A stretch of DNA of 64,000 nucleotides from Clostridia bacterium (GTDB lineage Bacteria > Bacillota > Clostridia > UMGS1883): contig JAZRTB010000004.1 in NCBI GenBank assembly GCA_045651805.1, positions 287 to 64,286 on the forward strand, read 5' to 3'. The notes under the pieces were generated by a model. It did not search any database. It worked only from the letters and a program-made list of their open reading frames with translations, and was not told where the DNA came from. How positions within the stretch are numbered: the stretch's first letter is position 1; every line of letters begins with the position of its first letter. Position numbers and translations under genes: made by a program. This document shows positions 55,214 through 61,423 of the stretch, one piece after another.

Positions 55214-55290
55214 AGTTAAGGATTTGCTTTTGCATATCCATGATTAAGCACATTAGTTTACTATTGCCGTAGTTTACTAATGTGTTTTTT
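55214..55290 (+). ncRNA. candidate cis-antisense small RNA of about 75 nt
   Basis: Bounded by the promoter at 55179-55207 and an intrinsic terminator: hairpin 55249-55284 (CACATTAGT..ACT/AGT..ACTAATGTG, 12 of 14 positions paired), then T6 at 55285-55290. Confidence 0.3.
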
Positions 55291-55341
55291 CTTTAACAAT
55301 CATACGCTCCACCACCTCCAAAAACATTTGTTCGCACTTTT

Positions 55342-55370
55342 ATTGTAGCATACCAAATGACGAAAATCAA
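55342..55370 (-). promoter_or_regulatory. candidate promoter of the 54195-55151 gene (long leader)
   Basis: On the minus strand: TTGATT, 17 nt, TACAAT. It predicts a 5' UTR of about 185 nt. Confidence 0.5.
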
Positions 55371-55400
55371 GACATCTTTAGAGATGTTTTTAATTTGAGG

Positions 55401-55484
55401 GTTAAAAAATTTTTAGCATCCGAACTCATCTATAAAGACAACTACACCATTGACCACATGGGAAAGCAAATAAAAGGAAATTGA
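55401..55484 (+). pseudogene. orphan duplicate of the deacetylase gene 3' end
   Basis: Reads VKKFLASELIYKDNYTIDHMGKQIKGN*, against KKGFSFLKTSELIYKDNYTIDHTGKQIKN* at 53207-53296. About 80 percent nucleotide identity over about 65 nt, with no start codon or RBS. Confidence 0.7.
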
Positions 55485-55560
55485 CCCGCAGTCAAAATAC
55501 GATAAAAAAAAGCATTGATTATCGCCTTAATATCTGTTACAATATTTTCAGGTGATTATT

Positions 55561-56688
55561 GTGAAAAAATTTATAGGATTTTCCGATAAAGCTGACAAAA
55601 TACTTCTTATATGCAGTATTGTCGCGGCTATAATCGGACTTATCGTAGTTAACAGTGCCTCATACTCACTTGAATCTTATTCCAGATACATTATTGTGCA
55701 AAGCATCGCTCTTGTTCTTGGAATTGCAGTTATGTCAGGCATCATGGTTTTTAATTACAAAATTTTTGAAAAGTTTATATTTCCCATTTTCGGAGCAGGA
55801 CTGGCACTTCTTGTTATAGTTCTTATCGTTGGAAAACTTACACACGGTATGCAGGGTTGGATTGTTCTTGGTCCGATAACTCTTCAGCCTTCAGAAATTG
55901 CAAAAATATGCTTTATTATCACAATATCCTATCACATAACAAAGGTTTATGACAAAATCAATTCACCGCGTTCACTTATGTTCCTGTTTCTGCATTTCCT
56001 TTGCTATGTAATTCCCGTTCTTCTTCAGCCTGATTTCGGAACGGCTATGGTATTTGTTGTTATATTTGGATTTGAGCTTATATTTGCAGGTCTTTACAAA
56101 CGATATATTTTCGGAGTTCTGGGTGCAGCAGCAGTTGCCTCACCGATTATATGGTTCTGTCTTAAGGAATATCAGAAAAAAAGAATCCTTACCCTGTTTT
56201 CCCCCGAAACAGACCCTACAGGCAGCGGCTACCACATTCTTCAATCAAAACTCGCTGTCGGAAGCGGTATGGCAACAGGTCGCGGTTATATGCAGGGGCC
56301 TCAAACACAATACGGCTATCTTCCTGAAAAACAAACCGACTTTATTTTCTCCGTTATCGGTGAGGAATTCGGGCTTATAGGTGCAATAATTGTGACTGTC
56401 ATTTTGTTTTTAATTGTTTATCGTTGTTTTGCTAATGCGAAAAACTGTTCCCATGATTCCTTCGGTGAGCTTATGTGTATAGGCGTCGGTGCTATGATGT
56501 TTTTCCATATTTTCGAAAACATCGGTATGTGTCTGGGAATTATGCCAATCACAGGAATACCGCTTCCCTTTATAAGCTACGGAGGCAGTAATCTTGTAAC
56601 ATGTTTTGCGGCAGTCGGACTTGTTCAGAATATACGAATGAGACGTCGTGCAACTAAATTTGATTTTGAAGTAGATATCGAAAGTTAA
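55561..56688 (+). CDS. FtsW/RodA/SpoVE (SEDS) family peptidoglycan glycosyltransferase
   Basis: 10-TM pattern with LQPSEIAKI, the LLQPDFGTAMV motif and a C-terminal GIPLPFISYGGSN. GTG 55561 is preferred as start (AGGTGA 5 nt upstream). Confidence 0.88.
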   Translation: MKKFIGFSDKADKILLICSIVAAIIGLIVVNSASYSLESYSRYIIVQSIALVLGIAVMSGIMVFNYKIFEKFIFPIFGAGLALLVIVLIVGKLTHGMQGWIVLGPITLQPSEIAKICFIITISYHITKVYDKINSPRSLMFLFLHFLCYVIPVLLQPDFGTAMVFVVIFGFELIFAGLYKRYIFGVLGAAAVASPIIWFCLKEYQKKRILTLFSPETDPTGSGYHILQSKLAVGSGMATGRGYMQGPQTQYGYLPEKQTDFIFSVIGEEFGLIGAIIVTVILFLIVYRCFANAKNCSHDSFGELMCIGVGAMMFFHIFENIGMCLGIMPITGIPLPFISYGGSNLVTCFAAVGLVQNIRMRRRATKFDFEVDIES

Positions 56689-56722
56689 AAAAGGTTGGAA
56701 ACATAAGTTTCCAACCTTTTTT
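56687..56722. terminator. bidirectional intrinsic terminator
   Basis: AAAAAAGGTTGGAAAC/GTTTCCAACCTTTTTT 16-bp stem with a 4-nt loop between convergent genes. Confidence 0.8.
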
Positions 56723-56725
56723 ATA

Positions 56726-57661
56726 TTATTTTGCAGGTAATAAATCTTCTACAAAGAAGAATGTATATCCGTTGTCTGTAAGTGTTTTACACATTCTCAT
56801 AATCTTTTCCGGCTGATCGGGATGGTAGTTGTAGTAATCGGGATAAGAATACTGTTCGTGAGTAGCCGCCCCGATATATTCCTTACCTATGTACTTAGCC
56901 ATTTCCGCGTCAAGGTCCTCTGAAGAACAAAGGTTAAGGCACAGACCGTTAAAATACCTCTTATAATAAAGGTCAAATTCTTCATCCTTTACGATTTCAA
57001 GATTAAACTTGGTCTTTTCCTCAATCTCCTTGGGAAGATGGTTGTATCCGCAAAGAGAACTGTCAATAGCCTTGTCGGCTGTACCTCTTGAGAAAAGCAT
57101 TGTTTCGGGCTTACGGTTATTGAGAAGTCTTGCCGCGTGACCGTAAGGAAGGCTTGCAGGATCACCGTTATACTCTTTTCTGTCACCGTAGCTTGCATTG
57201 CACATTCTTACGCCAAGATCACAAAGAGCACGGCAACCATCCTTGCTGATAGATGTCCAGTGGGGGTTGAAGGTCTGTGAAAGAGTTTTTTCACCGGCAA
57301 ATCTTAAAACTGCATTTTTATAATCGGCATAAAGCTGTTTCATATCCTCATAGTCCATATTGATATGGGGATAGTCCGGAAATTCCTGCTTCGCGTGGAA
57401 TGCAATCTTAATCCAGTCGGAAGCTTCTTCCCATTCTGATTTATACGCATCAGTCATTTCTGCAAGTGTAAATTCATCATTACCATAGAAATAATCTGTA
57501 CGATAGAATACGTTAAGCATAACCTTAAGTCCGTACTGATCGTGTGCTTCCTTAAGGACCTTCATAAAATGATTGTCAAACATTGACTTGGGTCTTTCCC
57601 TTGTAAGGTCACGGAAAACCCAGATAACATCATCAATATAAAAATACGCTTTTCTTTCCAT
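56726..57661 (-). CDS. hypothetical protein (no family recognised; possibly carbohydrate-active)
   Basis: 311 aa, cytoplasmic-looking and rich in aromatic residues. Sits 3 nt downstream of an AraC-family gene in the same orientation. Confidence 0.6.
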   Translation of the reverse strand: MERKAYFYIDDVIWVFRDLTRERPKSMFDNHFMKVLKEAHDQYGLKVMLNVFYRTDYFYGNDEFTLAEMTDAYKSEWEEASDWIKIAFHAKQEFPDYPHINMDYEDMKQLYADYKNAVLRFAGEKTLSQTFNPHWTSISKDGCRALCDLGVRMCNASYGDRKEYNGDPASLPYGHAARLLNNRKPETMLFSRGTADKAIDSSLCGYNHLPKEIEEKTKFNLEIVKDEEFDLYYKRYFNGLCLNLCSSEDLDAEMAKYIGKEYIGAATHEQYSYPDYYNYHPDQPEKIMRMCKTLTDNGYTFFFVEDLLPAK

Positions 57662-57663
57662 AA

Positions 57664-58476
57664 TTACTTATCTCCTTTTTGTTGAATATATACTGTGGGC
57701 GAAACGCCCATTTTTTTCTTGAACACTTTTGAAAAATACAGAGGGTCGCTAAATCCACACAACTCTGAAATCTGAGATATAGACGTTACTTTATTATTTA
57801 TAAGCGACAATGCGTGCTGAATCCTCAGATGATTAAGATAATCATTGAACCCCACATTTGTCAGCTTTTTAAACAGAAACGACACATACTTCTGAGAATA
57901 CAAAAATATGCCTGCAAGCTGTTTCAGAGAAATATCCGTATCCGTGTAATGAGTATTCACATACGCTACAACAGAGTCGGATAAATTCTCTTCATTTTTA
58001 TGTATATTCTCCGTTTCACCGCCGTTTATAAATGAGAGCGTATATAAAAATACACTTTCAGAAAGTATTCCTGCATTATTCTTATTTATTCTGCGAATTG
58101 CCTCCAACCAGAAATCCCTGACATGGTCAAAGTCATAAAACACCGGATTTTTTTGACTTATTCCCAACGGCTCAAAAAGCTTCGGCGTGCCGTCACCCAT
58201 AAAACTTATATACATATACTCAAAATCGTCGTCCGATTCTATTTCGAAAAAGCATCCCGAAAAAGTGAAGAATACACATCCGGGCTTAAGCGGAAATTGT
58301 CCACCATCGCTTTTAAGCACGCCCTCCCCCTTTGTCACCAGGTAAATAATATTTACCGGTTTAAAAAACGGCTGTGGCAGATTTTTAAAATCAGCTTCAT
58401 AAACAAAGTTAACTATTTTAATATTTCCTTTGTAATTTTTGTCCGGGATAAATTCGCAAATGCTGTCACTAATCAT
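57664..58476 (-). CDS. AraC family transcriptional regulator
   Basis: N-terminal cupin-like sensor domain plus a C-terminal double HTH (SLKQLAGIFLYSQKYVSFLFKK..., ISQISELCGFSDPLYFSKVFKKKMGVSP). Confidence 0.88.
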   Translation of the reverse strand: MISDSICEFIPDKNYKGNIKIVNFVYEADFKNLPQPFFKPVNIIYLVTKGEGVLKSDGGQFPLKPGCVFFTFSGCFFEIESDDDFEYMYISFMGDGTPKLFEPLGISQKNPVFYDFDHVRDFWLEAIRRINKNNAGILSESVFLYTLSFINGGETENIHKNEENLSDSVVAYVNTHYTDTDISLKQLAGIFLYSQKYVSFLFKKLTNVGFNDYLNHLRIQHALSLINNKVTSISQISELCGFSDPLYFSKVFKKKMGVSPTVYIQQKGDK

Positions 58477-58626
58477 AGCATCGCCTCCACACTTATTATG
58501 ACTTAATTTTTTTCAAAAATCAACCCTTTAAGGATTTTTTACATAAAAAAACACGAATTTTTCCATTCCATTTTTCAATTTCAGGTGTTATACTTAACTT
58601 ACAAACACTGAATGGAGGTTTAATTT

Positions 58627-59700
58627 ATGGAAAAAGTAAAACTTGGTGTTGTTGGTCTTCGCAGAGGATGGGGCGTTGTTTATGAAATTCTTAAGGAAAA
58701 AACAGTACATCTTACAGCTATCTGCGACCACGATGAAGCCAGAGTTAAGTATGTTTCTGAAGAACTTGACAAAATGAATTATGAAGGTTATACCTCATAC
58801 ACAGATTTTGATGAAATGCTCAAGAGTGACATTGATGCAGTATTTATTGCAAACTATGCTACAGAGCACGTTCCGCTTGTAAAAAAAGCACTTGATGCAG
58901 GAAAGCACGTTCTTAGCGAAATCCCCTGCGCGGATACTGTTGAAGAAGTAAAAGAGCTTAAGGCAGCGGTTAAAGCTCATCCCGAGCTTAAGTATATGAT
59001 TGCTGAAAACTGCTGCTACTGGGGCTTCATCACAGCCTGGAAGAAGATGTATGAAGACGGTAAATTCGGTGATGCAATTTATGCCGAATCAGAATATATT
59101 CACAGTTGCGACTGGCGTGAAGTTAAAGCAAGCAATTATCCGGAAGGTCACTGGAGAGTAACACATCCCTCAATCAAGTACCTTACACACAACCTCGGAC
59201 CGCTTCTTCGTATTATGGATGACCGTTGCGTAAGCGTTACTTGTATGGATGCTAATTCAGACTACAACCCCTACGTTGACCGCAGAGATCCCGGTATTGC
59301 ACTTTTCAAGACTGAAAAGGGTGCAATTATCAAAATTATGGTATGTTGTGCAGGTTTCGTAAAGCACGACCATAATTTCCGTATTATCGGTACAAGAGGT
59401 TCTATTGAAACAGATAATTACGAGCGTTACGAAACAGCTCACAGCTATGCAAGCTTTTCTGATATTCCCGGAAGTTTAGAAGATAAAATTGACATTCCCG
59501 TTACTGCAAGCTCATTTGGCGACGGTGGTCTTCACGCAGGTGCAGACAGAAAGATGGTAATGGATTTCATCAACTGTATTATCAACGATACAGAGCCTCC
59601 GCTGGATGTTGATTACGCTATTGATATTACCCTTCCCGGAATTATTGCGCACGAATCGGCGGCACAGGGGGGTATGCCGTTAGAAATCCCCGAAATCTAA
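58627..59700 (+). CDS. Gfo/Idh/MocA family oxidoreductase
   Basis: MEKVKLGVVGLRRGWG Rossmann start and a C-terminal alpha/beta dimerisation domain. Divergent from the AraC gene. Confidence 0.88.
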   Translation: MEKVKLGVVGLRRGWGVVYEILKEKTVHLTAICDHDEARVKYVSEELDKMNYEGYTSYTDFDEMLKSDIDAVFIANYATEHVPLVKKALDAGKHVLSEIPCADTVEEVKELKAAVKAHPELKYMIAENCCYWGFITAWKKMYEDGKFGDAIYAESEYIHSCDWREVKASNYPEGHWRVTHPSIKYLTHNLGPLLRIMDDRCVSVTCMDANSDYNPYVDRRDPGIALFKTEKGAIIKIMVCCAGFVKHDHNFRIIGTRGSIETDNYERYETAHSYASFSDIPGSLEDKIDIPVTASSFGDGGLHAGADRKMVMDFINCIINDTEPPLDVDYAIDITLPGIIAHESAAQGGMPLEIPEI

Positions 59701-59754
59701 GTCGGAGATGTTAAAAACGTCCAGAACGCAAAAGACAAAAAGAAATTTATACAG

Positions 59755-59787
59755 AAAAAGAAGTGTAACCGCGTTACACTTCTTTTT
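59755..59787. terminator. intrinsic terminator (plus strand: oxidoreductase gene; contains the cca stop)
   Basis: AAAAAGAAGTGTAAC/GTTACACTTCTTTTT 15-bp stem with a 3-nt loop and a T-run on the plus strand. Confidence 0.75.
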
Positions 59788-61126
59788 TATATTCTGCTTT
59801 TATTTGTTTAATTACATTTTCTTTACTTACGCCTGAAAGTCTCATTTTATGCGCGAACTGAAGAATTTCCCTGAACTTCTCCCCTTCTTTTATTCCCATA
59901 TCTATAAGGTCTTTTCCCGTTACATAATCCCTTGCCATATATTCATTATAAATATCAAGCCTCTCAAGGAGGAACTTTTCAGTATCTTCACCTGCTTCAC
60001 ATGGGATTTTGCCGAGATTATCAGACATTGCAAGATGTATAAGGTCAAATGGTGCAACGGACTCATCAAATAACTTATTAGTCGCCTTTATTCCCGATTT
60101 CTGTGCATAAAGCATATTAGGACGCATATGGAGAGCTGTCATATTAAGAACATACTTTATAAGTTTTTTGTCCGAGGTTATTCTTTTAAGGAATTTTTCA
60201 ACCAGAGACAGTCCCTCTGTTTCGTGCCCAAGCGCACGTATTATACCGTCAATTTTCTTTGTGCAAACAGCTTTTCCGAAATCGTGGCAAATTGCCGAGA
60301 GCATAAGTCCAAGTGGATTTTCAGGAGAATTACGTCTTGTCGCACATTCGTCAAGAACCATCATAGTGTGATTCCACGCGTCGCCCTCCTGATGATGCTG
60401 TTTATTTTGCTCAACACCAATAAGTTCTGCAAGTTCGCAAAACCATATATCAAGAGCATCCATTTCCCGTAAAACTTCAAAAAATACAGACGGCTTTTCT
60501 GCTTTCAGAAGAGCTTTTTTCATTTCTTCAAAAATGCGTTCAGATGCAAGGGTCCTTAAGTCCATACTTTTGCAAAGCTCTATTGTTTCGGGGGCAACTG
60601 AAAACTGAAATCTGGATGCAAACTGTGCACCTCGAAGTACTCTTAACGGGTCTTCAATAAAGGTATTGCTGTTTATGTGACGGATGACCTTATTTTCAAT
60701 ATCTTTCCGCCCGCCGAAATGGTCAATTATTTCCCCGGTGAGAACATTTTCCATAATTGCATTAATTGTAAAATCGCGGCGGATTGCCGCTTTTTCTGTT
60801 CCGAGGAACGGATTAACATCCACTTTAAAATCGCGGTGTCCTCTGCCTGTACATTCTTCTTTTCTGGGCATAGCGATATCAATATCATAGCCGCAGAGGT
60901 TATATACACCGAAGCTCTTTCCCGTTTCAATCCGTGTCCCGAACTCATCAAGGATTTTTTCGAGAGTTTCCGGCAAAATACCGTGAACCTCCATATCAAT
61001 ATCTTTGGTATTAATACCCATCAGTTTGTCACGGACATAGCCTCCGACAAAATAGCAAGTGCCACTATGTTCTGAAATTCGGGAAGCGATTTCTTTTGCT
61101 ATATTAATTTCTTTGATTGCAACCAT
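59774..61126 (-). CDS. cca: CCA-adding tRNA nucleotidyltransferase (PolyA_pol head plus HD domain)
   Basis: YFVGGYVRDKLMG...DIDMEV nucleotidyltransferase motif, RDFTINA, and an HD domain (SAICHDFGK). ATG 61126 follows AAAGGAG. Confidence 0.88.
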   Translation of the reverse strand: MVAIKEINIAKEIASRISEHSGTCYFVGGYVRDKLMGINTKDIDMEVHGILPETLEKILDEFGTRIETGKSFGVYNLCGYDIDIAMPRKEECTGRGHRDFKVDVNPFLGTEKAAIRRDFTINAIMENVLTGEIIDHFGGRKDIENKVIRHINSNTFIEDPLRVLRGAQFASRFQFSVAPETIELCKSMDLRTLASERIFEEMKKALLKAEKPSVFFEVLREMDALDIWFCELAELIGVEQNKQHHQEGDAWNHTMMVLDECATRRNSPENPLGLMLSAICHDFGKAVCTKKIDGIIRALGHETEGLSLVEKFLKRITSDKKLIKYVLNMTALHMRPNMLYAQKSGIKATNKLFDESVAPFDLIHLAMSDNLGKIPCEAGEDTEKFLLERLDIYNEYMARDYVTGKDLIDMGIKEGEKFREILQFAHKMRLSGVSKENVIKQIKAEYKKEV

Positions 61127-61160
61127 AAAACCGCTCCTTTCATCACTCAACTTTTATATA

Positions 61161-61189
61161 ATCATATCACGAAATTGTGTTATAGTCAA
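61161..61189 (-). promoter_or_regulatory. promoter of cca
   Basis: On the minus strand: TTGACT, 17 nt, TATGAT. Confidence 0.55.
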
Positions 61190-61381
61190 TTATTCGTTAG
61201 GAAACCCTATATCAATGGTGGATGCCGTGAAATTAATATTTATATGGATCATTTCGAGACTGTTCTATCCGTTTTTCATATAATCTCTGTTGTTTTCGGG
61301 AGGACCAAACTCCGTCCTCTGCAATGTCGACTAATAGCAAAGCATTTATTATTTTACCCCAAAGGTTGACAAAGAGCAAAA

Positions 61382-61409
61382 AAGACGGAACGCTTTTGCG
61401 TTCCGTCTT
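61382..61409 (-). terminator. intrinsic terminator of the cohesin/SLH protein gene
   Basis: AAGACGGAACGC/GCGTTCCGTCTT 12-bp stem with a UUUU loop, followed on the minus strand by U6. Confidence 0.8.
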
Positions 61410-61423
61410 CTTTTTAAGACTAA

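Noticed and set aside
53297-55400. Integrase, recombinase or att-site assignment for the insertion
   Set aside because: No tyrosine or serine recombinase or transposase ORF is present in any frame. Apart from the duplicated gene end, I could not identify flanking direct repeats with confidence.
61175-61369. 64-aa plus-strand ORF (also 61059-61283) in the cca/cohesin-gene spacer
   Set aside because: It has no RBS, an odd composition, and overlaps the cca promoter. The spacer contains only a small GAGGAC/GTCCTC hairpin (about 61302-61321), which I did not consider sufficient to call a feature.
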